Positions 19,771-28,169 of a stretch of DNA of 64,000 nt are shown piece after piece. Position numbers and translations under genes: made by a program. The notes under the pieces are model-generated. The model did not search any database. It had not been told where the DNA came from and saw only the letters and a program-made list of their open reading frames with translations. Each line of letters starts with the position of its first letter. The first letter of the stretch is position 1. This DNA comes from a bacterium (GTDB lineage: Bacteria > Patescibacteriota > Andersenbacteria > UBA10190), in contig JAUYKA010000008.1 in NCBI GenBank assembly GCA_030698495.1, forward strand, positions 78,895 through 142,894, written 5' to 3'.

Positions 19771-19780
19771 GTATAAGATT

Positions 19781-19807
19781 TTGACATTATCTGCTTACGG
19801 GTACAAT
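19781..19807 (+). promoter_or_regulatory. sigma-70-like promoter (TTGACA ... TACAAT) upstream of GT2 gene
   Basis: TTGACA at 19781-19786, TACAAT at 19802-19807 (15-nt spacer, slightly short), ATG at 19818. Confidence 0.3.
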
Positions 19808-19817
19808 ATCCTTAACT

Positions 19818-20714
19818 ATGTCTCAAGTTAATATAGTTATTGTTAATTGGAATACGGGAGGGTTACTGGCTAAGTGCTTGCGGTCTTTGGTGGATTCGGG
19901 TGATAGGGATTTAATCAATAAGATCTTTGTGGCGGATAACGCTTCGTCCGATAATTCGCTGGCGCAGGCCAAGCGGGTATCCGGTGAAATGAATAATGTG
20001 GCATGGATGGAGTTATCGGGAAATCTTGGTTTTGCCAAGGCCAATAATTTGGCTCTGGCTAAATCCGGTTTTAATAATCATGTATTGCTTTTAAATCCCG
20101 ATACGCAGGTCGCCCCCGGAGCGATCAGGGCTTTACTAAAAACTTTTGACGAGGATAAGAAAGCGGGTGTTGTAGGCGCCCGATTACTCAATACTGACGG
20201 GTCGATACAGCCGTCGGTGCGTTTACTGCCGACCGGGAAAATTCTGGCGGGATTAATGCTGAAGTTAAACCGCTTGAGACCTAAGGCAAAAATGTGGCGG
20301 GAGTATTTGGCCGAGGATTTTGACTACCGCAAACAACAAGAAGTGGAGCAGGTAATGGGTGCGGTTTTTTTAATTAATAAAGAATTACTGCGTCAAATAG
20401 GGGGGCTGGACGAGTGTTTTTGGATTTGGTTTGAAGAAGTTGATTATTGTTTTAATGCCAGAAAGAGGGGCTGGAGAATTGTTTATCGCCCGGACGCGCC
20501 AGTAGTCCATTTTGGAGGAGCAAGTTTAAATCAGCTGGTAGGAATTAAAAAAAGCTGGTTGTGGGCAATCGCTTCCATTAAATACGCGTCAAAAAATTTA
20601 AGAGGATTTTCGGCCGTGCTGCTCATCTTGTTATTACCGATCAGTTTAGTTCTGTCGATTCCGGCCGGACTGCATCATCGGCAATTGCGCGCTAATACAA
20701 AGGAGAAGATATGA
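19818..20714 (+). CDS. glycosyltransferase family 2 (rhamnosyltransferase-like)
   Basis: 298 aa; IVIVNWNTG ... ADNASSD ... and NPD motif. Confidence 0.7.
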   Translation: MSQVNIVIVNWNTGGLLAKCLRSLVDSGDRDLINKIFVADNASSDNSLAQAKRVSGEMNNVAWMELSGNLGFAKANNLALAKSGFNNHVLLLNPDTQVAPGAIRALLKTFDEDKKAGVVGARLLNTDGSIQPSVRLLPTGKILAGLMLKLNRLRPKAKMWREYLAEDFDYRKQQEVEQVMGAVFLINKELLRQIGGLDECFWIWFEEVDYCFNARKRGWRIVYRPDAPVVHFGGASLNQLVGIKKSWLWAIASIKYASKNLRGFSAVLLILLLPISLVLSIPAGLHHRQLRANTKEKI

Positions 20715-22117
20715 ATAAGTTTTATGTTTGGTTTTTGGCGGCAGCGGGGGGTGGTTTGACGACGGCAATACTAATAAGTACAAACGCCGGTTTATTGGTG
20801 TTACTGGCGATTGTCGGCGCGTGGTGGATATGGCAATATCCGGAATATTCTTTTTGGACGCTGATTGTAGCGGCACCTCTTTTACCGATGCTTAAAGCGA
20901 CGCAAACACTGGGCGAACTCACGTTGTTAAAAGACATGATTATTTTAGTGTTGTTTGTGAAACTTTTTGGCTGGCCGCTATTAACAAAGCGGCTCGAGTG
21001 GCGGCGTAATATCTTAGTGGCGCCGATTACTTTACTGATTGTGTGGGTGGCGATAAATACTTTGCGGGCGAATTCGCTGACGTTAGGAATTTTGCGAGCG
21101 CGGGAAATAGTTCTCTATGTTCTATTGTATTTTGCCGTTTTATATTTACCGGCAAGCGAAGGGTTTTTAAAAAAGACATGGCAATGGTTTATAGCCTCGG
21201 CGGTTGTGGTGGTGTTGCTGGGGGTATATCAGTGGTTTTGGGCCGGCGACAGCGCTGTATTGCGATTTGATCCGGCGCGAAGTATTTGGATTCCTCGAAT
21301 GTCGGCGACTTTGGGGCATCCCAGTGTGTTGGGAGAGTATTTGATTGTCGTGTGGACTCTGCTATTGGCTAGCGTCTTAGTCTTTGGGAAAAAATTATCT
21401 TGGTGGGGGTCGGTTATAGCTATGTTGTTTCTACTACCGTTTATTTATTTAACGTACTCGCGGTCGGTTTGGCTGGGACTGGGAACGGCAATAGCGGTTA
21501 TCGCAGTCGTGTGGTTGGTAAAATATGTTCGGCAAAAGCGGGTGATAAGAAAAGGTTATATGTTGGCGGGGCTAACGGCGGTAATAATTTTGTCGGCGGT
21601 ATTTATGCGTTTCACTAGTGCGGGCGTATTTTTACGCACAGCGATTGATCCGACATACGGCAGTAATCAAGATCGAATTATGTTGGTAGCTAATATTATT
21701 GGCGATACCACAAACGGGCAGGCTATCTGGGGTAAGGGGCTGGGAAACGTGGTGACACAGCAGTATGAGGGGGCAGATGCGACAGCGGAGGATATTGCGG
21801 AGCTGGATTCGCGTACGGTGCAATTAGCGAAAGCTAGTACGTTGGTTGATAATCAATATCTTAAGACGTTCGCCGAGCTCGGGCTGATAGGTATATTGAT
21901 ATATTTATGGATTTATTATCGGATCGCGCGGAAGTGTTGGCGGGTCATTGTTGGAGGCGGCGCGAAGTCGCAATTAGTTATAGGCTGGTGGGGGTTGGGC
22001 TTTTTGGCGGCGTTTGTGACGCAGGCTTTGTTTATAGATATATGGGACGTTTGGCCGACCAACGCCATTTTTTGGGTAGCGGCTGCTATGGTGTCGCGCG
22101 AGGTATTGACAAAATAA
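20711..22117 (+). CDS. O-antigen ligase/polymerase-like (Wzy_C domain) polytopic membrane protein
   Basis: 468 aa; >=10 TM; YLTYSRSVWLGLGTAIAV block typical of Wzy_C/O-antigen ligase family; overlaps upstream GT2 stop. Confidence 0.55.
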   Translation: MNKFYVWFLAAAGGGLTTAILISTNAGLLVLLAIVGAWWIWQYPEYSFWTLIVAAPLLPMLKATQTLGELTLLKDMIILVLFVKLFGWPLLTKRLEWRRNILVAPITLLIVWVAINTLRANSLTLGILRAREIVLYVLLYFAVLYLPASEGFLKKTWQWFIASAVVVVLLGVYQWFWAGDSAVLRFDPARSIWIPRMSATLGHPSVLGEYLIVVWTLLLASVLVFGKKLSWWGSVIAMLFLLPFIYLTYSRSVWLGLGTAIAVIAVVWLVKYVRQKRVIRKGYMLAGLTAVIILSAVFMRFTSAGVFLRTAIDPTYGSNQDRIMLVANIIGDTTNGQAIWGKGLGNVVTQQYEGADATAEDIAELDSRTVQLAKASTLVDNQYLKTFAELGLIGILIYLWIYYRIARKCWRVIVGGGAKSQLVIGWWGLGFLAAFVTQALFIDIWDVWPTNAIFWVAAAMVSREVLTK

Positions 22118-22366
22118 AATATTTGTTTAGGATAGTAATGTTCTTTCAGAAGCAAATACCGGCCGCCGCAGCTGTTGTGGACGAACAGCGGAGAGAAGCG
22201 GTGTGCGGCTGTGACGCGTAGTTCTCCGACATGGGGCCCTTTTTGGGGCAAGCGCGTCACGGCAACCTCCAGTATTTCGTTGATTGAGTTCCGTTAATTT
22301 TTGTCTGTTTTTCAATTGTGACAGCCAGCTGGCAAACGGGATTCTCAACAATACCGGAGGTTTTTT

Positions 22367-23380
22367 TTAAAATCCTCGTCTTATTTTACGCCAGTAGTCG
22401 ATTGCCCATAGTTGACGGTAGCGCCAAGATAGGGGCAGATCATGGGCGTGCAGGTAATCGATAGCGCGTCCGCCGAAGCCTTTTTTAAAAACAGTAATGC
22501 CGGCGAAGGGGTGATGGGGTTTATCGTCCGGAGCGATGCCCCAGAAGTTGTATAGTTCAGCCCCTCTTTTTTGGGCTTCCAGAATAGAGTGCCACTGCAG
22601 AAGCTGGGCGCCAGGAATTTTGCTTACTTTTATGGAAGCACCGTGGTGATAAAAAACTTTGTTGCCGCATTGAATAAAAATACCGGCAGCTATGTCTTTG
22701 CCTTGATAGGAAGCAATGACGGCGTAGGCGGATTTGGTGCCGGAGAATTGTTGAAATTCTTCGCGGATTGAGTCAATGGAAAAGGGGACAAAGCCATGGC
22801 GTACGGTGGTGACTTGGTATAGCGGGGCAAAGTGATCGATGGCTGATTGATCTGTGATTACAAAGCAGGTTACGCCCATTTTTTCAGCTTTATTGATTGC
22901 TTGGCGACTGGTTTTGCGCATATTGGCCAGTAATGTTTCCGCTGGCAAATTGATATCCAATATCCAAGTAAGTTCACTGTGAATATGAAGCGGGGCAGGT
23001 TTGAAACCAAGTTGTTTTAATGTATCCCGGTTTGTTTGACTATTAATTAATAGCGGAGCCAGACGCAGGGCTAACACGCGGTCTTGGCGAGCGCGGGATT
23101 TAAGGTAAGAAATTATTGCGGGAAGATACTTTAAAGTTTGTTCTTCGGATAAAAATGCCGGTCCGTGGGGAATCAGGTAGTGGCGGCCGCGGCGGGCATT
23201 GACGATTATAATTTGGGCGAGGCCGATTAGCTGGTTATCGTTAAAGATGCCGAGGCGAATAATGTTTTCGCCGGATTTATTTTGGACTTCGCCCCACTGC
23301 CAAGTTTGGAGGAAGGTGTTTGGTGATAGAGTCAGGAGAAAGGAAGTCCATTGATTTCGGTCGGTGATTTCTTGGATCAT
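22367..23380 (-). CDS. FemAB-family peptidyl/aminoacyl transferase (peptidoglycan interpeptide bridge formation)
   Basis: Start moved to internal Met (MIQEITDRNQWTSFLLTLSPNTFLQTWQWGEVQ...) because the upstream 27 codons translate a GC-rich palindromic repeat; FemAB N-terminal W..F..Q..W motif pattern. Confidence 0.6.
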   Translation of the reverse strand: MIQEITDRNQWTSFLLTLSPNTFLQTWQWGEVQNKSGENIIRLGIFNDNQLIGLAQIIIVNARRGRHYLIPHGPAFLSEEQTLKYLPAIISYLKSRARQDRVLALRLAPLLINSQTNRDTLKQLGFKPAPLHIHSELTWILDINLPAETLLANMRKTSRQAINKAEKMGVTCFVITDQSAIDHFAPLYQVTTVRHGFVPFSIDSIREEFQQFSGTKSAYAVIASYQGKDIAAGIFIQCGNKVFYHHGASIKVSKIPGAQLLQWHSILEAQKRGAELYNFWGIAPDDKPHHPFAGITVFKKGFGGRAIDYLHAHDLPLSWRYRQLWAIDYWRKIRRGF

Positions 23381-23404
23381 AGAGTAACTTGTTTTTGATA
23401 ATCC

Positions 23405-23515
23405 GATCTCCCGCGGGTCCTGCCGCGCTCGAGCCCCCGCCCGACGGCTTCCCCCGCCCAAGGGCGGGGTGCAGGCGCTCGGCGGGGGACCCCCCAGCGC
23501 GTCACCCGCGGTGAA
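23405..23515. repeat. GC-rich palindromic intergenic element (family member 1)
   Basis: CCCCGCCC-aag-GGCGGGG hairpin, CCCGCGGG palindrome; shares the CCCCGCC...GGCGGGG / GCCCGCC...GGCGGGC hairpin type with copies at 26.7 kb and 59.3 kb. Confidence 0.5.
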
Positions 23516-23569
23516 AGCTTTATAGATATAAGTAAATATTGTGTCACAGTTCTTATAACCGGTTAATAA

Positions 23570-24790
23570 TTATTGGTTACTATTCATAAACTCAATTATC
23601 CCTGTCACTTCATCTTCCGAGAGAGAAGAGTAGGTGGGGAGGTTGATGGTTTTTTGCGCCAGTTTTTCGGCTTGGGGGCAGGCGCCTTGTGTGTAGAAGG
23701 GGGTTCGGTTGGAGCTACGGGGAGCTACGGGCGAGTTGTACCAGTCGCCGAGAAGAATTCTATTTTGTTTGGCTTGGCGCAGAATTTGGGTTGGGTTTTG
23801 AACCACAACGGGGAAGCGCAGCCAGCTTGGTTCGCCGGTAAATTTGATGACTGGTTTTTGTTTTAATTCTCTTAAGTAACGACTGGCAACCCTTTGTCTG
23901 GTCTCGGTATAGCGGTTTAGCTGGTTAAGTTGGTTTAACAGAAGCGGTGCCAGAGCGGGTGAGAATTGCCAGTTGGTTAGTCGTGGACGACCCCCAGTTT
24001 TTTCCTTGGGTGTAACGGCCTTGCTTAGAAGACGTAATTTTTGGGCGGTAACAAGTAAAATTTTGCCGACGCTGTACGTGAAATAGAAACGCTTTATGAA
24101 GGACATAATGATCGGGTGTTTTAGTTGCTGGATGTTCCACCAAAATGGCGGTAAGGGGAGTTTGTTTTGTTGGGTACGGATTTTTTGCATGACGGTTGAA
24201 TTGCGGACAGCAACAGCGCCGCCGAAAACACAGGACAGAGTTTTGTCGCGGCCGAAGCTGAAAATGGCGGCGTCGCCGAAAGTACCAAGTGGTTGGTTAT
24301 TGTGGCTGGCACCAAGGGAGTGAGCGCAGTCTTCAATAAGAAGAATATTATGAGCGGCGGTAATTTTTTTTAGTTCGTCTATGGGGCCGGGAATACCAAA
24401 GGTATGTTGGATAATAATGGCTTTAGTGTGTGGTGTTATTTTCCGTTCGACATCAGTTGGATCAAAATTGTAGGTGTCGGGATTAATGTCGGCAAAAACT
24501 GCCTTGGCACCGACCCAGGATACAGAGGCGGGAACGGTGACGCAGGTAAACGCTTGGATAATTATTTCGTCGCCGGCAGTAAACCCAAGGGCTTGGAACA
24601 GGGCGTACATAGCGCTGCGCCCGGAGCTGGTTAGAATTACCGCCTGATTATTCAGATATTGAGAAAGTCTATTTTCGGCTTGTTTGACTATGTTGTTATC
24701 CCGCCATTGCCACGGCGAAAACAAAGTACGCCAGGCAGTACTGATGTCGTCTGGTTCTGTGTTTGGTGAGAGAGAGGTGAGGACTGGCAT
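23570..24790 (-). CDS. DegT/DnrJ/EryC1/StrS-family PLP-dependent sugar aminotransferase
   Basis: Start at internal Met (MPVLTS...); LIEDCAHSLGA, FSFGRDKTLS (Lys-PLP region) typical of DegT family. Confidence 0.75.
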   Translation of the reverse strand: MPVLTSLSPNTEPDDISTAWRTLFSPWQWRDNNIVKQAENRLSQYLNNQAVILTSSGRSAMYALFQALGFTAGDEIIIQAFTCVTVPASVSWVGAKAVFADINPDTYNFDPTDVERKITPHTKAIIIQHTFGIPGPIDELKKITAAHNILLIEDCAHSLGASHNNQPLGTFGDAAIFSFGRDKTLSCVFGGAVAVRNSTVMQKIRTQQNKLPLPPFWWNIQQLKHPIIMSFIKRFYFTYSVGKILLVTAQKLRLLSKAVTPKEKTGGRPRLTNWQFSPALAPLLLNQLNQLNRYTETRQRVASRYLRELKQKPVIKFTGEPSWLRFPVVVQNPTQILRQAKQNRILLGDWYNSPVAPRSSNRTPFYTQGACPQAEKLAQKTINLPTYSSLSEDEVTGIIEFMNSNQ

Positions 24791-24966
24791 GTTAAATAAA
24801 ATTATTTGATGGAATGCAAAATGCAAACTGTAAACTGCAAAATGACAATGCAAAATTAAAAAATACTTGAGATGTTAATTTGATCGTAAAACATTATTAA
24901 TTTTAATCTGTTATTTTGCAGTTTGCAGTTTGCATTTTGAATTATTGGGGTTATGCAGGACTACGA

Positions 24967-26568
24967 TTAGTTAATAATCCCTCGCCTCACAATCTCTGGT
25001 ACTCGTCCTTCAATAAGTATCACTGTGTCGGGTTTAATGGTTTTTTTGACCGCTGTCAAAAGCTTTTTGGGAGAGGACATAAATGTAATTGTATTTTGTG
25101 ATTTAGCAGATTGGAATCCTTGTAATAAGTGTTTTTGATATGCTTTGCCGCTGATAAATATATCGGCACCGGATTGACCCAGCGCTTCGCCAAGATGCCG
25201 GTGAACAGCTGGAGCATCTACTCCTAATTCAATCAATGGCGTCATAATAACAATTTTGCTGGTTCCAGCGAATAATTTGAGATGATTGATAGCATTTATG
25301 ACTCCCACTTCGTTGGCAGAGTAGCTATCGTCTACGATTTGAACCGATTGCGATTTAGTAACAAGCTGCATGGTGCGCTCTACAGGGGTAAGTTGGGTCA
25401 GGGCGGAAAATATTTTGTCGGCGGGAACGCCAAGGACATAGGCAGTGGCGATTGCGGCCAGTACATTAGATAGTTGTCCTTGGCTTAAAAGAGAAATTGC
25501 TATCTGGGCACCAGCTGCATCTATATGAATCTGTGCTTGTAATGATGTCGGTAGGACTTTAATTTGATCGGCATAAATTTCGGCCGATCTTTCTTGGGAG
25601 TACCAAATAATCTTTTGGTTGGTTGTCTGGGCCTTGTTGGCGATGATTCTATCGTCGGCGTTGAGAATGGCGGTGCCGTTGGCGGGTAAATTATCAATTA
25701 ATTCCCATTTAGCAGCGGCTAGTTTTTCCTTGGTGCCGAATAATCCCAGGTGCTGGTTGCCGATGGCAGTAACTACGCCTATCTTCGGCTGGAGCAGGCG
25801 GCATAAGGCAGTGATTTCGCCGGCGCGGTAAGCGCCTGTTTCGGCGATATAGGTGCGGGAGTTGTCGTCGAGTCGATGAAGCATATCTTGCGCGACGGAT
25901 AGTTCGGAGTTGCGATGGTTGGCGGTGATAGTGTGATGGATGCCGGCTTGCGTTAAAATTTGATCGAGAAAATGTTTGGTGGATGTTTTACCGTAGCTGC
26001 CGGTTATGGCGATGACATTTAAACTTTTTAGACGGCGTCGCCGGGCGGTGGCTTGACTAATGATTTGACGTTTGCGCCAGTAAGTTAGGGCGTTGGTTAT
26101 CACGACAGATAACGGAGTCAAGAAAATGATGGCGATAATATACGTGCTCCACTGGAGAGCGGGAAGGATGTCAGAGATAAAGAAGAAAAAGTAATACGCC
26201 AAAGACAGGGCGGCCAGGGTTGTTATAAGGAGGAAACTTTTTATGGTGGGTTTGGGGCGATAAATGCCGCGATAGATGATGCGACCAGCGTGGTGGGCGA
26301 CAAGAAAAGCCATTTCGCTCCAGCCGAAGAGGTCGGCGGTGATGAGTTGGCCGGTTAAGGCAAGCAGCCAGCCAATATTGGAAAAAACGACTACACCGAG
26401 TAGTAAGCCGCGGTAGTTAAGCCACCATTCCTGGCTGCGGACGAGAGAAAATAGGCGATCCCAGCGGTATTCTTTGCGCTGCCATAGTTCGGCTTGGGAG
26501 GAGATGCTTAAAACGAGGAGGGGAAAGCCGATGACGGCGGCGATGATGTTTGGGGTGAGGAATGCCAT
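24967..26568 (-). CDS. murF: MurF-like Mur ligase with N-terminal 4-TM membrane domain in place of canonical domain 1
   Basis: 533 aa; residues 1-185 hydrophobic (4 predicted TM); P-loop ITGSYGKTSTKHF at about 190; C-terminal VDDSYSANEVG (MurF DDSYNANP-type) motif. Confidence 0.6.
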   Translation of the reverse strand: MAFLTPNIIAAVIGFPLLVLSISSQAELWQRKEYRWDRLFSLVRSQEWWLNYRGLLLGVVVFSNIGWLLALTGQLITADLFGWSEMAFLVAHHAGRIIYRGIYRPKPTIKSFLLITTLAALSLAYYFFFFISDILPALQWSTYIIAIIFLTPLSVVITNALTYWRKRQIISQATARRRRLKSLNVIAITGSYGKTSTKHFLDQILTQAGIHHTITANHRNSELSVAQDMLHRLDDNSRTYIAETGAYRAGEITALCRLLQPKIGVVTAIGNQHLGLFGTKEKLAAAKWELIDNLPANGTAILNADDRIIANKAQTTNQKIIWYSQERSAEIYADQIKVLPTSLQAQIHIDAAGAQIAISLLSQGQLSNVLAAIATAYVLGVPADKIFSALTQLTPVERTMQLVTKSQSVQIVDDSYSANEVGVINAINHLKLFAGTSKIVIMTPLIELGVDAPAVHRHLGEALGQSGADIFISGKAYQKHLLQGFQSAKSQNTITFMSSPKKLLTAVKKTIKPDTVILIEGRVPEIVRRGIIN

Positions 26569-26650
26569 AAAACTATATTATAACAGATTGGGCCGCAGTG
26601 TAGGGTAAATAATTTTGGTGCTGCTTAGGTTATTTGCTAACTTGTGTTTT

Positions 26651-26850
26651 CTCCGGCGAGTGTCACTTTTCGCGGCACCTACTCCCGGCGACACCAGCCG
26701 TCGCTCACGAGCTATGGCCGGCAAGGCATAGTGCCCGCTCCAGCGGCGGTCGCTACTCGACTAAAAGCCTGTCATCCCCGCCTTTTAGGCGGGGATGACA
26801 GGCTATTAGACGGTCGCCGGGAGCAGGTACCACGAGTGACACTCGCCGCG
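26651..26850. repeat. GC-rich nested palindromic element (family member 2, most complete copy)
   Basis: Nested inverted repeats: CCGGCGAGTGTCAC (26653-26666) / GTGACACTCGCCG (26836-26848); CTCCCGGCGAC / GTCGCCGGGAG; central 16-bp perfect hairpin GCCTGTCATCCCCGCC-tttta-GGCGGGGATGACAGGC. Confidence 0.6.
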
Positions 26851-26971
26851 GGAGCGCCAGTGATGTGGCAATATTTAAAAAAACCAAATACGCTTTTAGA
26901 CTTTCCTGATTTACACTGCTTGAAAGACAGAAGAAAACAATTGTTGCTGATTTTTCGAGATATTAGTTAGC

Positions 26972-27937
26972 TTGCCAACGAGAATGAAGTACACTATTCA
27001 TACAGACATGGATTCAAGACTGACAGTACAAGTTTTAGGATGGAATAGCGCCGGGGATTTGCCGGCGACTTGTGCGGCTTTGGAAAAAATTCCGGCTGAT
27101 GAGGTGATTATCCGTTATATTGATAATGCTTCCAGTGATGATTCGGTTGAAGTAGTGCAGCGATTGTTGCCTAACGCGGAGATTGTTGAGCTGGCGGAAA
27201 ATAAGGGTTTTTCTAGCGGGAATAATGAGGGTTTTATGAGATGTACAACGGATTTGGTTTTGGTTTTGAATCCGGATGTGGTGGTTGATTGGGAGGGCAT
27301 AAAGAAAGTAATGCGAGTGTTTGAAGATAATAAGGTGGCGGCGGCACAGGGGTTGCTATTGCGAGATGAGTCAGTGATTGACTCTGCGGGGATTGTTTTG
27401 TCACTCGCCATGAATGGGGTGGATCGAGGAGCGGGTGAGGTTAATCCGGGACAGTACAATGTTCGGTCGGAAGTTAAGGCGGTTACCGGCGCTTGCGGTT
27501 TATATCGAATGAAATCTTTGCGAGATGTGACGCATAAAGATGGCGAGATTTTTGATAACGATTTTTTTGCTTACAAGGAAGATGTTGATTTGGGCTGGCG
27601 GTTAAATCACGCGGGATGGAAGGTTGTTTATGAGCCGGTGGTTACCGGTGTGCATAAAAGAAAGCTAGGGCGTCAGGGCGCTATGGGGTGGGGAAGTGAC
27701 CCGGCAGAGTTTTACCGACGCTTGAGGTCTAAGCGCACGCGATATTCCTTGCGCAATTGGGTCTGGATGATTGTGAAAAATATTACCTTAAAAGAGGGTT
27801 TAAAACACGAGATTTTTATTGATGCGCGGCTATTATTATTTTTCTGCTTGTCGTTTTTATATCCGCCGCTAGTGACTGTTTGGCTAGAGATTATTTGGGG
27901 ATTAACGAAGATGGCAAAAAAGAGAAAGGCTGGTTAG
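26972..27937 (+). CDS. glycosyltransferase family 2
   Basis: 321 aa; ...RYIDNASSDDS..., LNPD, GT-A pattern; start may be internal Met at 27008. Confidence 0.65.
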   Translation: MPTRMKYTIHTDMDSRLTVQVLGWNSAGDLPATCAALEKIPADEVIIRYIDNASSDDSVEVVQRLLPNAEIVELAENKGFSSGNNEGFMRCTTDLVLVLNPDVVVDWEGIKKVMRVFEDNKVAAAQGLLLRDESVIDSAGIVLSLAMNGVDRGAGEVNPGQYNVRSEVKAVTGACGLYRMKSLRDVTHKDGEIFDNDFFAYKEDVDLGWRLNHAGWKVVYEPVVTGVHKRKLGRQGAMGWGSDPAEFYRRLRSKRTRYSLRNWVWMIVKNITLKEGLKHEIFIDARLLLFFCLSFLYPPLVTVWLEIIWGLTKMAKKRKAG

Positions 27938-28169
27938 TATGAATTTCAATTTTGTATGGTTAAGGTTGAATTTTCAATCTTCAATTTCCAATTTTCATAT
28001 AATAGCCAATGACCAATTACTAAATACACCCTAGAATTGAATGTGATTTACATGGTTGAAAATTGTTAAATTGTAATTTATATGGAAATTGGAAATTGTG
28101 CATTGGAAATTTGTCGCTATTGCGACATATAGTTATATATCCTAGTCTATAGCGTTAAGCGAGTAATTT

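Noticed and set aside
22118-22366. Palindromes in the convergent spacer between the Wzy-like and FemAB genes (GTGACGCG...CGCGTCAC; TTTGCCAGCTGGCAAA)
   Set aside because: They are short and lack flanking U-runs. They could be weak bidirectional terminators, but there is insufficient support to call a feature.
23381-23461. 27-codon N-terminal extension of the FemAB ORF (MGGGSRRAGARARQDPREIGLSKTSYS)
   Set aside because: It translates the GC-rich palindromic repeat. FemAB homology starts at the internal Met, so the start was moved to 23380.
26644-26970. 108-aa plus-strand ORF in the track
   Set aside because: It is a translation of the GC-rich nested palindromic element (Arg/Ala/Gly/Pro-rich low complexity). 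It has no RBS or context and I treat it as non-coding.
27941-28113. CRISPR array suspected from repeated TTTCCAATTT-type units
   Set aside because: The repeats are short, degenerate, inverted rather than direct, and not regularly spaced with unique spacers. No cas genes are present.
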